In this document: positions 1-9,491 of the stretch, in pieces | Numbering within the stretch: position 1 is the first letter of the stretch | Layout: each line of letters begins with the position of its first letter | NCBI GenBank assembly: GCA_039798785.1 | Contig: JBDKFG010000023.1 | Location: forward strand, 1 to 63,697 | DNA length: 63,697 nucleotides | Source: Verrucomicrobiota bacterium | GTDB lineage: Bacteria > Verrucomicrobiota > Lentisphaeria > Lentisphaerales > Lentisphaeraceae | Direction of reading: 5' to 3' | Program-made: the position numbers and the translations under genes | The notes under the pieces: generated by a model | Seen by the model: the letters and a program-made list of their open reading frames with translations, nothing else | Told to the model about the DNA's origin: nothing | Database searches by the model: none

Positions 1-86
1 CTCTTTTGTGGACTCTAGACAAGCCCGGAGGTATCATCTCATTTTCCCGCCTTCAAGTCGTGTTCAGCACAAATACGGGCTGCGGG

Positions 87-635
87 TCAGGTGTTCTGAG
101 TTTGCTTCTTCCAAGCGAGGGGGTCGTAAGCCCAGATCCCTCCGCCCCCGCTGCCACCACCTCGGGCTAGCGTCAGTTGACTGTTAAAGCCATCCTCGAT
201 CAGCGCTAGCTTGGTGGAGTGCCCGTGCCATTCACAGCGTAGCCGCGTCCAATCCTGGAGGTCTTCCCGCTCCAGCAGCTTCTCCTGCGCGGCCACAATC
301 CTCCCGTGCGCCTTGGAGTAGATGAAGCTTTGCAAGAGGAGTCGCTCGGCGTCCTTGCCGTGGCAGGCTTGACGCTGCGGATCGGGACGATGCAGGGTAC
401 CGAGTTCCGCTAGCTCCGCTGTGCTTTCTACCGGACGCTTGATCTGCTTGTGGATCATCAGTCCCAGCAGGAAGAGGCCAAGCGCAAAACCCAACCAGCG
501 CCAGACGGGATGAGCCACGCGACGCGGTGCGGGCTTGGGTGAGCGGCGGGCCCAAATGTAAAATGCCAGCATGGCCAAAACCAGGAGGAGTATAGGCAGG
601 ATGGAAACAGCGACGGGTTGCGATGCAGCAATCAT
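87..635 (-). CDS. Hypothetical membrane protein (2 N-terminal TM segments), last visible gene of the YtrA-ABC operon
   Basis: 182-aa ORF with hydrophobic segments; its ATG overlaps the upstream stop (ATGA 632-635). Confidence 0.6.
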   Translation of the reverse strand: MIAASQPVAVSILPILLLVLAMLAFYIWARRSPKPAPRRVAHPVWRWLGFALGLFLLGLMIHKQIKRPVESTAELAELGTLHRPDPQRQACHGKDAERLLLQSFIYSKAHGRIVAAQEKLLEREDLQDWTRLRCEWHGHSTKLALIEDGFNSQLTLARGGGSGGGGIWAYDPLAWKKQTQNT

Positions 636-1495
636 GGCTTCACCTCAGGATAGGATTTGACTTTGGCAACTGGACGAGAGCGCTGAGGCGCCTGCTGCTC
701 TGGGGAGCTCGAGTAGAGCAACAAGAAGAGGACCAGCCCGATGATGAGTCCGATCAGAACCCAAACCCAGCGGGGCATTATGCTGCGCGCCTGACCTTCG
801 AGCAAAGGAACTTGCGCCTCGATCTGGGGGTACTTGGCGGCGCTGAAATAGAGGCAAAGCCCGGCGATCATGAGTAAGAGAAGAGAGATCAGGGAGATCA
901 CCAAGGTATGCGAGATACCGAGGGCCATGATTATGAGAATGACGATGAAGGTGAATCCACACGAAGCGATCCAGCGAGGGAGCAAATGCTGGGGATGCGG
1001 AGATCGCAAAAGCCAAGCAACGAGGTATCCGACAGCGGCTAGACCCAAAACGGGTAGCACCAGCCAGCCGAGCTCGTAGCTCGCCCAAGGCGCGGTGAAA
1101 GGCCCATCAAACACCAGCCCCCAAAGATGACGCGGCGCCTCGATAGCGAGAGAGATCGTCGACAGAACGGTCACGGCGAGCAGCGGCGCGAAGAAGCGCC
1201 AAAGCCGGATTTTTGCGATCGTCGCACGGTTGGGGGGCAGGGAGAAGAGCCATTCTTGCGAGCCGTTGCTGACTTCGCGGGTGAAGGCGCCGGCCTGGCT
1301 CAGGGTGTAGATCAGAATCCAGGCGAAGAGCCAGCCGGGGTGGTCGGCCCACATCAAGACGACGTGCAGGACGATCCAGGTCGAGAGAAGCCATTCGAGG
1401 CGGCGCGCTTGCGAGCCTTCGTCCTCGATGGCGAGGAAGGCCTTGGCCCAGGGCCGCTCGGATTCCGGCAGGAGTTTCAAGATCAAGGAGTTCAT
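632..1495 (-). CDS. ABC-2-type permease / multi-pass membrane protein
   Basis: Start MNSLILKLL at 1495 (the longer ORF-track start runs through REP repeats); several TM helices; 'EWLFSLPPNRATI' resembles the ABC-2 permease motif. Confidence 0.7.
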   Translation of the reverse strand: MNSLILKLLPESERPWAKAFLAIEDEGSQARRLEWLLSTWIVLHVVLMWADHPGWLFAWILIYTLSQAGAFTREVSNGSQEWLFSLPPNRATIAKIRLWRFFAPLLAVTVLSTISLAIEAPRHLWGLVFDGPFTAPWASYELGWLVLPVLGLAAVGYLVAWLLRSPHPQHLLPRWIASCGFTFIVILIIMALGISHTLVISLISLLLLMIAGLCLYFSAAKYPQIEAQVPLLEGQARSIMPRWVWVLIGLIIGLVLFLLLYSSSPEQQAPQRSRPVAKVKSYPEVKP

Positions 1496-2508
1496 GGGGT
1501 TTTCCTGGTGTTGTTCAAAGGAGCGCGGGCATCTTGCCCGTGTGCTTCCGCAGGCGGGACGCCTGCGCTCCTTTGTGCTTCCGCAGGCGGGACGCCTGCG
1601 CTCCTTTGTGCTTCCGCAGGCGGGACGCCTGCGCTCCTTTGCGCTTCCACAGGCGGGACGCCTGCGCTCCTTTGTGCTTCCGCAGGCGGGACGCCTGCGC
1701 TCCTTTGTGCTTCCGCAGGCGGGACGCCTGCGCTCCTTTCGTCGATGAAGCAAGTAAAATGGCCTTCGGGCAAATGCGCTTTGCCGGGGTTGTTGGCGAT
1801 GTAGCGAAAACAAGCAGCGAGATGTTTGGGATTCCTGACGATGCGATCGAAATACTCCGCTTGCCACAGTTCACCCTGTCGCCCCAGCTCGGCGTTGATT
1901 TTTTTGGCAGTGTAGCTCTTCCACGAATGCAATAGTTTTTCCAGGAGCTCGCCAGCATAAGGGCGGAAACAGACATGGACATGATTGGGCATGATGACGA
2001 AAGAGCCGATCTGATAGCGTTGGCCATGGAAAAACCACAAAGCCGCGACGACGATTTCACGACAGCGGGGATTGCGCAGGACGCAGGAGCCTTCGCCGGC
2101 ATCCAGCCACTCCTCCATTCGGAGCGTGAAACGAGCATGGAATTCCTCGGTCAGCGTCTCATCCCACGGAGGTGGTGGATGTTGACTCAGCCATTGATCT
2201 TTTTCTGCCTTCCAAGCACGAAGCTTGATCGCGGGCACCGAATCCGCTAGACGCCAAGTCACAAAAACCCAGGCTTGATCTTGATTCCAATGGGGCAGCC
2301 TGCGTTCATGGATGTCAATGGCTACATAGGGATCGAAATAAGCGGGCGCCCATACGGCCAAAGGAGCGCGGGCATCTTGCCCGTGTACGTCGCTTCTTTT
2401 TTCCACAGGCGGGACGCCTGCGCTCCTTTGCGCTTCCACAGGCGGGACGCCTGCGCTCCTTTGCGCTTCCGCAGGCGGGACGCCTGCGCTCCTTTCTTGC
2501 GGCTTCAT
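1492..2508 (-). CDS. REP-associated tyrosine transposase (RAYT, Y1/HUH)
   Basis: Motifs RLPHW, FVTWRLADS, FVIMPNHVH (HUH), WQAEYFDRIVR, YIANNP (catalytic Tyr); flanked by REP arrays. Confidence 0.9.
   Translation of the reverse strand: MKPQERSAGVPPAEAQRSAGVPPVEAQRSAGVPPVEKRSDVHGQDARAPLAVWAPAYFDPYVAIDIHERRLPHWNQDQAWVFVTWRLADSVPAIKLRAWKAEKDQWLSQHPPPPWDETLTEEFHARFTLRMEEWLDAGEGSCVLRNPRCREIVVAALWFFHGQRYQIGSFVIMPNHVHVCFRPYAGELLEKLLHSWKSYTAKKINAELGRQGELWQAEYFDRIVRNPKHLAACFRYIANNPGKAHLPEGHFTCFIDERSAGVPPAEAQRSAGVPPAEAQRSAGVPPVEAQRSAGVPPAEAQRSAGVPPAEAQRSAGVPPAEAHGQDARAPLNNTRKTP
1517..1739. repeat. REP array: six tandem 33-bp units plus one inverted REP variant
   Basis: Minus-strand unit AAAGGAG-CGCAGGCG-TCC-CGCCTGCG-GAAGCAC (GGAG plus hairpin) x6 at 1542-1739; opposite-orientation GGAGCGCGGGCATCTTGCCCGTG at 1517-1542. 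Confidence 0.9.
2360..2495. repeat. REP array: three tandem units plus one inverted REP variant
   Basis: Same units as 1517-1739; inverted variant at 2360-2385, tandem units at 2401-2495. Confidence 0.9.
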
Positions 2509-3386
2509 CTCGCCTCCTCCAGCTCGATGAAGAGGTCTTCGAGGGAGAGCGGGTGCTCGATCACTCGCATCTCGGGACGAGATTTGAGGGTGTCGAGATA
2601 GAAGTCGTCGATGTCTTCCACCAACACGGTGAGGACGGGGCCGGATTCGTCGCGGCGGAGGGTGCCGGGAACGCGGAAGCCGGGGGGGATTCCTTCGGTG
2701 CCGAAGATGATTTGCAGACGGCGGTAGCGACGGCGGAGATCGTCCATGGTGGTGACGCGACTGAGCTGGCCTTCTTCGAGAAAAATCAGGGTGTCGGCGA
2801 GGCGTTCGAGGTCGGCGAGGAGGTGGGTGGAGAGGATGACGCTGAGTCCCTCCTGTTCGGCGATCAAGGTGGCGAGGGCGCTGAGCAGTCGACGGCGTGC
2901 GATGGGGTCGAGTCCGGCGGCGGGTTCATCGAGAAGGAGGAGTTTGGGACGGGCGGCGAAGGCGAGGGTCAAGGCGGCGAGGCGTTGTTGTCCGCCGGAG
3001 AGGCCGCCGATGTAAGATTCGGGGTGGATTTCGAAGAGCTCGGCGGCGTGTTCGGCGAAGGCGCGGTCCCAGGCGGAATACAGCGGGCCGTAGAGTTCCC
3101 AGAGATCGACGAGGCGGCGTTCTTCGGGGAGGCGCTGCATCTGCGACACGTAGGTGACCTGTTCGCGAATTGCGGCGGGGGCAAAACGCAGGTCGTGGCC
3201 GAAGATCCGGACTGCGCCGCGGCTGGGGTTGAGCAGGCCCATCAGGCATTTGAGCAAGGTGGTCTTGCCGGCGCCGTTGCGCCCGACCAGGCCGACGATG
3301 GCCCCGGCGGGAATGTCGAGAGTGATATCGCGCAGAGCTTCGGTGCCGTCGGCATAAGTACGGCTGAGATTTCGGACCTTGATCAT
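2505..3386 (-). CDS. ABC transporter ATP-binding protein (YtrB-like)
   Basis: Walker A GRNGAGKTT, signature LSGGQ, Walker B LLLDEP, H-loop STH. Confidence 0.92.
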   Translation of the reverse strand: MIKVRNLSRTYADGTEALRDITLDIPAGAIVGLVGRNGAGKTTLLKCLMGLLNPSRGAVRIFGHDLRFAPAAIREQVTYVSQMQRLPEERRLVDLWELYGPLYSAWDRAFAEHAAELFEIHPESYIGGLSGGQQRLAALTLAFAARPKLLLLDEPAAGLDPIARRRLLSALATLIAEQEGLSVILSTHLLADLERLADTLIFLEEGQLSRVTTMDDLRRRYRRLQIIFGTEGIPPGFRVPGTLRRDESGPVLTVLVEDIDDFYLDTLKSRPEMRVIEHPLSLEDLFIELEEAR

Positions 3387-3395
3387 GGCTGCCTC

Positions 3396-3430
3396 GAAGT
3401 TTAAAGTTTAAAGTTTAAGGTTCAAAGTTT
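3396..3430. repeat. Heptamer tandem repeat (AAAGTTT) x5
   Basis: gaagttt aaagttt aaagttt aaggttc aaagttt between the GntR stop and the ATPase RBS. Confidence 0.75.
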
Positions 3431-3435
3431 GGAGC

Positions 3436-3810
3436 TCATTGCAGCTTCTCCATTTCTTCGGCGAAGAGGCGGTAGAGTCGGCTGGGCGGGATGCCGGAGG
3501 CGAGCATGCGGCGGAGGAGGGATTGCAGTTCGAGGCGTTGTTCGAGCTCGCCGGATTTCTGGGCGGCGCCGGAGGCGGCTTCCGCGATGAAGACACCGCG
3601 TCCATGCTCCTTCACCACCAAGCCTTCGTCGGCGAGGATGTCGTAAGCCTTCGAAATGGTCAGGGGATTGATCCCGAGACGCTGCGCCAGGTCGCGCAAG
3701 GTCGGCAACTGATCCCCCGGCTGCAGGCCGCCGGCGCGGACGATGTCGCGGACCTGATCGACGATCTGGCGATAGACCGGCACCGGACTCTGGGGATTGA
3801 TGACAAACAC
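3436..3810 (-). CDS. GntR family regulator, YtrA subfamily
   Basis: GTG start after GGAG; SPVPVYRQIVDQV...LQPGDQLPTLRDLAQRLGINPLTISKAY...HGRGVFI; short C-terminus; precedes ABC genes. Confidence 0.9.
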   Translation of the reverse strand: MFVINPQSPVPVYRQIVDQVRDIVRAGGLQPGDQLPTLRDLAQRLGINPLTISKAYDILADEGLVVKEHGRGVFIAEAASGAAQKSGELEQRLELQSLLRRMLASGIPPSRLYRLFAEEMEKLQ

Positions 3811-3822
3811 GGCGGGCTCCTG

Positions 3823-3848
3823 ATGTGTTATAGAACTGTATAACACAT
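3823..3848. promoter_or_regulatory. Palindromic operator, likely the YtrA/GntR autoregulatory site
   Basis: Perfect IR ATGTGTTATA-N6-TATAACACAT immediately upstream of the GntR gene. Confidence 0.7.
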
Positions 3849-3970
3849 GGGCTGCAAATACAAGTCTTGCCGAGGGTAATGTTGCGACAGGATGACATGC
3901 GATTGCGGGGGTGTGCTTCAGCGCCGGGGGGATATAGTGGCGGCCGCAAAGCCCGGAAGGAGTCTTCGAG

Positions 3971-4687
3971 ATGTTGTCATTGGAAAATCTAAGTCGCGAT
4001 TTTGGGCCGGTCCGCGCCGTCGATGGGGTCAGCTTCAAGTTGGAGGCGGGCGACATTATGGGCTTCATCGGTCCCAACGGTGCCGGCAAATCGACCACCC
4101 TGCGGATGCTGACTGGCTATCTCAGTCCTAGCTCCGGGCGGGTGATGATCTGTGGTCGCGATCTCTCGGAGAACGAGCAAGAGGCCAAGTCGAAGATCGG
4201 CTATCTGCCGGAGCGGGCGCCTCTCTGGCCGGAGATGACGGTGCTTGACCTGATGCGCTTCTCCGCCGAAGTGCGGGGGATGAAGTCGAAAGAGGCCAGG
4301 GCCGCGATCGAGAAGGTCCTCTCTCTTTGCTTTCTCGAAGGAGTGCGCCATTTCCGCCTCGGCACCTTGTCGAAAGGCTACCGGCAACGCGCCTGTTTCG
4401 CCCAGTCGATGCTGCACGATCCGCCGATCCTGATCCTCGACGAACCGACCGACGGCCTCGATCCGAACCAGAAACACGAGGTGCGCCAGATCATCCGCTC
4501 CTTCGGCAGCGGCAAGGCGGTGCTTTTCTCGACCCACCTGCTGGAAGAGGTCGACGCCTTGTGCACCCGGGTCGTGGTGATGAGCCGCGGCCGCGTCGTC
4601 GCCGATGAAAGCAAAGAGAGCTTCCGCGAACGGGGCGCCGATCTTGCCGCCACCTTCCGCCGTCTCACCTTGGAGACCCACACATGA
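3971..4687 (+). CDS. ABC transporter ATP-binding protein (GldA-like)
   Basis: GPNGAGKST, LSKGYRQR, ILILDEPTDGLDPNQ. Confidence 0.9.
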   Translation: MLSLENLSRDFGPVRAVDGVSFKLEAGDIMGFIGPNGAGKSTTLRMLTGYLSPSSGRVMICGRDLSENEQEAKSKIGYLPERAPLWPEMTVLDLMRFSAEVRGMKSKEARAAIEKVLSLCFLEGVRHFRLGTLSKGYRQRACFAQSMLHDPPILILDEPTDGLDPNQKHEVRQIIRSFGSGKAVLFSTHLLEEVDALCTRVVVMSRGRVVADESKESFRERGADLAATFRRLTLETHT

Positions 4688-7230
4688 ATCCCCTCACCCC
4701 CGTGGTCGCGGTCGCCCGCCGCGAATTCAAATCGCTCTTCACCAGCTCGGTCGCCTGGGTCTTCCTCTTCGCCTTCCTGGTCTGCGGCAACGTCTTCACC
4801 TTCCGCTTCGCCAAGTGGCTGGAGACCAACGACGCCTCGCTGCGCCCCTTCTTCGACTTCCATCCCTTCCTCTACCTGTTCTTCCTGCCGGCGGTGGGCA
4901 TGCGTCTCTGGTCGGAGGAGGAGCGCGAGGGGACTCTCGAGCTGCTGCTCACCTATCCCCTCAGCATCTGGCAGGCGGTGGTGGGCAAGTTCCTCGCCGG
5001 CTGGGCCTTCCTCGGCCTGGCGCTGCTGCTCACCTTCCCGCTCTACGGCACCTGCTGCTGGCTTGGCGATCCCGATCACGGCCGGATCCTCTGCGGCTAT
5101 CTCGGCAGCTTCCTTCTCGGAGGCATGGCCTTGTCGATCTGCGGCCTCTGCTCCGCCCTCGGCTCCTCCCAGGTCAGCGCCTACATCTCCGGCTTCCTCT
5201 GCCTGCTCCTCTTCACCGTCCTGGGCATGCCCCAGATCGGTCTCCAGGAAATGCTGGCTGACAAGGTCCCGAAGGAGATCATCGACACCCTGGTTTTCTT
5301 CAGCACTCCGGCCCATGTCGAGACCCTGCATCGCGGCGTCGTCGACTTCCGCGACCTGCTCTACTTCGGCGGCTTCCTGGTCTTCGGCCTTTTCGGCGCC
5401 GCCGCCGTTCTGCGCTGCCGCAAGGCGGCGCACCGCTGGAACACTCGCATCACCTGGATCGCCCTCAGCCTGGGCTTCTGCTCTCTGGTCTTCCTCAATC
5501 TCGCCTGCCGCCAGCTGCTCCTCCGCGCCGACCTCAGCTCCGAACGACTCAACACTCTCACCGAATCGAGCCGCAAGCTGGTCCAGCAGCTCGACGGGCC
5601 GGCGGTTTTCCGACTCTACTTCTCCGCCTCGGAGCCGAAAGTGCCGGTCGAGCGCAAGGCCTTCGTGCGCCGCGTTCAGGACCAGTTGCAGGACTTCGCC
5701 GCCGCTTCGAAGGGGCTTCTCAAGCTGGAGGTGATCGACCCGGCCGAAGGCTCGGAGGCCGAGGCCAACGCCCGCCTCGACGGCATGGAGCCGCTCAAGC
5801 TCGGCGGCGGCATCAGCATCTGGTGCGGCCTGTCCCTGTCCCGCCAGGACCGCATCTTCTCCATCCCCCAGCTCGACGAATCCCTGGAGAACCAGCTCGA
5901 ACTCACCCTGGCGCGCCTGTTGCAGCAAGCCATCGAGAAGGAGCTTCCCGAAATCTGCGTCCTCACCAGCCTCCCCATCGTCGGCCGCAAAGCCGATCCG
6001 CAGCGCGGCATCTATCAGGAAGAGCCGGCCTGGGGCATCATTGAGGAGCTGAAAAAAGAGTACGTCCTCCGGCAGATGCCCGAAGAGACTCCCTGGATCG
6101 ATCCGGAGCGTTTCAAGGCGGTGCTTCTCATCCATCCTCCCTTGATGAGCGAAAGGCTCTATCACGCGCTCGACCAGTACCTGCTCAACGGCGGCAGGAT
6201 CATCGCCTGCATCGACGCCTCCTGCGCCCTGCGCGGGCAGCTAGGAGCCGCCGCCGACGGCGGTGCCATCCCCTTCCAGTCCGACATCAATCTCCTCAGC
6301 ATTCATTGGGGCGTCAGCTTCGATACCCGCAACATCGCTGCCGACCCCGCCCTCGCCGGGCCCTTCGCCCAAAAGGATTCCCCTTTCATCCTGCAGCTCA
6401 AGGAAGCCCAGCTTTCCAGCTCCGCCGACCCCTCTCTGACCGGCGTCAAACGCCTCTTCCTCGCCTATCCCGGCCGCTTCAAGACCCGCCCGACCCCGGG
6501 CTTGACCCTGACTCCCCTGCTCAGCACCAGCGCGTCGGGACGCGCCGTCCCCTTCGATTCTGTCGGCCGCGACGAGCTTGCCGGCGAAAGCGGCAGCCAG
6601 CTCATCGGGCTGCGACTCAAGGGGCGCTTCCCGATGGCGATGAAGGAGAATCTCAATCCCGACTTCCCTCACGCCGATTCGGCGAAAAAAGAAGGCGAGG
6701 TCATCCTCATCGGCGACTGCGATTTCCTGCACGACAGCTTCAGCCAGAGCCGCGGCGGCGGCGGCGGCGTCCCGGAAGCGATCTCGGACAACCGCAGCTT
6801 CTTCGGCAACCTCGTCGACCACGCCGTCCGCGGCGGCACCTTGATCGAGCTGCGCTCCCGCAAGGAGATGAAGCGCCCCTTCGTCCGACTCGCCGAGCTG
6901 AACCGCGCGATCATCGCCGCCACCCAGGATGAAGCGAAGGCTTTGTCGGGCAAGATCACTCAGGCATCGACCGAGGAGCAGCGGCTCCGCAAGCTGCGCG
7001 AACACCAGCAGCAGCTGAGCATACCTGAACAGGAGAAGCTTGGCAAGCTCAAGTCTGAGCTGGAGAGACTCGAACTCCAGCGCCGTGAACTGGACAGCCG
7101 CCGCCGCCAGCATGGCCAAGCCATCCACGCAAGGCTCTTCCTGATCAACCTGGTCTCCATGCCGCTGCTGATCGCTCTCTACGCCTTGAGCTCTTCACTC
7201 ATCCACCGCCGCAGGATCCGCAGCCGATGA
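4684..7230 (+). CDS. Fused GldF-like permease and GldG-like auxiliary component
   Basis: N-terminal MRLWSEEEREGTLELLLTYP permease; RADLS..RLNTLTESS and LDQYLLNGG GldG-like segments; C-terminal coiled coil and TM. Confidence 0.8.
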   Translation: MNPLTPVVAVARREFKSLFTSSVAWVFLFAFLVCGNVFTFRFAKWLETNDASLRPFFDFHPFLYLFFLPAVGMRLWSEEEREGTLELLLTYPLSIWQAVVGKFLAGWAFLGLALLLTFPLYGTCCWLGDPDHGRILCGYLGSFLLGGMALSICGLCSALGSSQVSAYISGFLCLLLFTVLGMPQIGLQEMLADKVPKEIIDTLVFFSTPAHVETLHRGVVDFRDLLYFGGFLVFGLFGAAAVLRCRKAAHRWNTRITWIALSLGFCSLVFLNLACRQLLLRADLSSERLNTLTESSRKLVQQLDGPAVFRLYFSASEPKVPVERKAFVRRVQDQLQDFAAASKGLLKLEVIDPAEGSEAEANARLDGMEPLKLGGGISIWCGLSLSRQDRIFSIPQLDESLENQLELTLARLLQQAIEKELPEICVLTSLPIVGRKADPQRGIYQEEPAWGIIEELKKEYVLRQMPEETPWIDPERFKAVLLIHPPLMSERLYHALDQYLLNGGRIIACIDASCALRGQLGAAADGGAIPFQSDINLLSIHWGVSFDTRNIAADPALAGPFAQKDSPFILQLKEAQLSSSADPSLTGVKRLFLAYPGRFKTRPTPGLTLTPLLSTSASGRAVPFDSVGRDELAGESGSQLIGLRLKGRFPMAMKENLNPDFPHADSAKKEGEVILIGDCDFLHDSFSQSRGGGGGVPEAISDNRSFFGNLVDHAVRGGTLIELRSRKEMKRPFVRLAELNRAIIAATQDEAKALSGKITQASTEEQRLRKLREHQQQLSIPEQEKLGKLKSELERLELQRRELDSRRRQHGQAIHARLFLINLVSMPLLIALYALSSSLIHRRRIRSR

Positions 7231-8219
7231 AAACCCGCCATCTCCTCGCTCTCGCCGTCGTCACCCTTCTCTGCGGCGCTGCCGCCTGGTTCAGCCGGCC
7301 CGCACCCACTTCCTCCGGCAGCCTCAAGTCCGGCGACCTGCTGGTCGCTTGCGGCAGCCCGGTCAGCATCGGGCTGAAAGGCCGCCACGGCGAACTCAAG
7401 TTCAGTCTCAGAAACGGCGTCTGGGAAATCGACTCCCGGCCCGGCTTCGGCGCCGATCAGGATCTCGTCGCCCACAGCCTCGAGCTCCTGAAACGCCTCA
7501 AGGTCAGCCGCAGCTTGCCCGACGCCGACGGCCTGGCGCCTTACGGTTTGGCCGACAAGCAGCCCGGAGTGGAGCCTCCGGTCGAGCTCACTCTCAAGGA
7601 CGCCGAAGGCAAAGTCTTCCACTGCCGTATCGGCAAGAGGCATAAGCTTGAGAGCAAGGACGTCGGTTGCTACGTGCTGCGTCAGGGAGATTCATCGCCG
7701 GTTCTCGTCGGCGATCCTCTTGAAATGATGATCCCCCTGCCTCAGATCTGGCTCCGCAAGGTCGTTCCCGGAGTCGGTGAACTGCTGAGCCTCAGTTTCA
7801 GCCGCGGCCAGGCCAGGGAATGGCAGGCCTCCCGCCGCAGCGGCAGCGAAGCCTTCCGCTTCGGCTTCCCCGCCAAGCTCAGCAAGCTCGATCCCCAGGC
7901 TGCTTATGACCTCTGCAACCAGATCCTCCAGGTCCGCTTTGTCGATGTCACCGCCGCCGACGGCGCCGTCGTCCCCGATCCGGCTTGCGCCGGCGAGGTC
8001 TTCGAGGTCAGCGACATCGAGGGGCGCGTCATCCGCCTCGTCGCCATCCGTCCCGAGGAAGGTTCCATGCGTTGCCGCCTCGAAGTCAAGCCCTCCCTCC
8101 AGCTTGCTGAAGACACCCGCGGCGCCGAGCTGCAGGAGCGGGCCGTCGACTGGCACTTCCTCGTCCCCCTCGCTTTGTGGAACGCCGCCAAGGGGATCGC
8201 CCGCATCCCGGGGGCATGA
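7227..8219 (+). CDS. DUF4340-like periplasmic protein
   Basis: N-terminal TM, LAPYGL motif, usual position after GldG; ATGA overlap. Confidence 0.6.
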   Translation: MKTRHLLALAVVTLLCGAAAWFSRPAPTSSGSLKSGDLLVACGSPVSIGLKGRHGELKFSLRNGVWEIDSRPGFGADQDLVAHSLELLKRLKVSRSLPDADGLAPYGLADKQPGVEPPVELTLKDAEGKVFHCRIGKRHKLESKDVGCYVLRQGDSSPVLVGDPLEMMIPLPQIWLRKVVPGVGELLSLSFSRGQAREWQASRRSGSEAFRFGFPAKLSKLDPQAAYDLCNQILQVRFVDVTAADGAVVPDPACAGEVFEVSDIEGRVIRLVAIRPEEGSMRCRLEVKPSLQLAEDTRGAELQERAVDWHFLVPLALWNAAKGIARIPGA

Positions 8220-8347
8220 GCCCCGCCGCTTTTCCTTTCACTCGCCACTCCTGGCAGTGATCCGCGGTGACAAATTCGGCTTTCGGCGGATATCTTGCAC
8301 AACAATCGCCGAATTGACGCGTTGACCGACCATCCGGGAGAATCGCC

Positions 8348-9487
8348 ATGACTCGAGTCCTTGCCCTCTGTCTCGCTCTCTGCCTCGCTTTCATCGCCGC
8401 CACCGCCGCGGAGGCGCCGAAGAAACCCGATCCTTATCCCGCCCTCGTCGCCGCCGCCAAGCTCGTCGCCAAATCGCCGGAAAATCCCGCCGCGCTTGCC
8501 GATCTGACCGCCGCGCTCGGCAAGGTCCCCCGTGGCGAAGTCCGTGAAATGGGCCTTGCCGGACTCTATCTCGGCTGGCGTCTCGCCCACGACGCTCCCA
8601 AGTCCGCCGTCATCTATGCCCAGATCCAGAAGGAGCACAAGGAGACTTTCGGCAACGAGCCCGGCGAATGGCTGCCGATGATTGCCGACGAAGCCATCGG
8701 AGAGGTCTGCAATATCTGCGCCGGCAGCAAGAGCACCCAGTTCAAGTGCAATACCTGCTCCGGCACCGGCCTGTGCAATAATTCGAAATGCCTCCGCGGC
8801 ACCGTCGAAAGCCCGGAGTACAGCTTCGACCAGAAGAAGTTCATCAACGTCAAGCGTCCCTGCCCGGTCTGCCGCGAGCATCCCGGCAAATGCGGCGACT
8901 GCAAGGAGGGCAAGCTTTCCCGCCCCTGCTCGGGCTGCGCCGGACGCGGCAGCAAGCTCAATCGCGACAATGCCGCCGTCGCCGCGACGAAGATCCTCGA
9001 GTCTCTTGCCGCCAAGGCTTCCGACGCCAGCCTGCTCGCCCGCGAGGCCGAAATGCTCGCCAAGGGCATGGTCCGCCGCGGCGACCGCTGGGTCACCCGC
9101 GCTGAAGCCGAGGCCGATGAAAAGGCCGCCGCTGCCGCCGCCGAGGCGCGCGCCCGGGTCGCCGAAGAAGCCCGGCTCAAGGAGGAGAGGCACCAGGGAG
9201 TCCAACGCCTGCGTGTCCTTCAGACCCGGGCCCTCGCCCTCGCCGTTGATGCTCCCGTCGAAGCTGTCCGCCTCATCGATAGCTACATGCTCCAGGAGCC
9301 TGCTTCCCAATCCGAACTCCAGCCCGACCGCGACTGGATCTTCAAGATCGCCGCCGCCCGCGCCCTCGAGGACAAAGGTCAGATCGAAAAGGCGATTCCG
9401 CTTTACGAAGAAGCCCTGAAACTGCGCGCCAACGATGCTCTCGCCCAGCGCCTCAACCGTCTCAAAGATCAATCCACCGGACTCTGA
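8348..9487 (+). CDS. Secreted protein with DnaJ-like CxxCxGxG Cys repeats and C-terminal TPR-like helices
   Basis: Signal peptide; CNICAG, CNTCSGTG, CGDCKEG, CSGCAGRG; AIPLYEEALKL. Confidence 0.65.
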   Translation: MTRVLALCLALCLAFIAATAAEAPKKPDPYPALVAAAKLVAKSPENPAALADLTAALGKVPRGEVREMGLAGLYLGWRLAHDAPKSAVIYAQIQKEHKETFGNEPGEWLPMIADEAIGEVCNICAGSKSTQFKCNTCSGTGLCNNSKCLRGTVESPEYSFDQKKFINVKRPCPVCREHPGKCGDCKEGKLSRPCSGCAGRGSKLNRDNAAVAATKILESLAAKASDASLLAREAEMLAKGMVRRGDRWVTRAEAEADEKAAAAAAEARARVAEEARLKEERHQGVQRLRVLQTRALALAVDAPVEAVRLIDSYMLQEPASQSELQPDRDWIFKIAAARALEDKGQIEKAIPLYEEALKLRANDALAQRLNRLKDQSTGL

Positions 9488-9491
9488 CCCC

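Noticed and set aside
1517..1739. CRISPR array
   Set aside because: Units abut with no unique spacers and no cas genes; GGAG-hairpin units beside a RAYT are REPs
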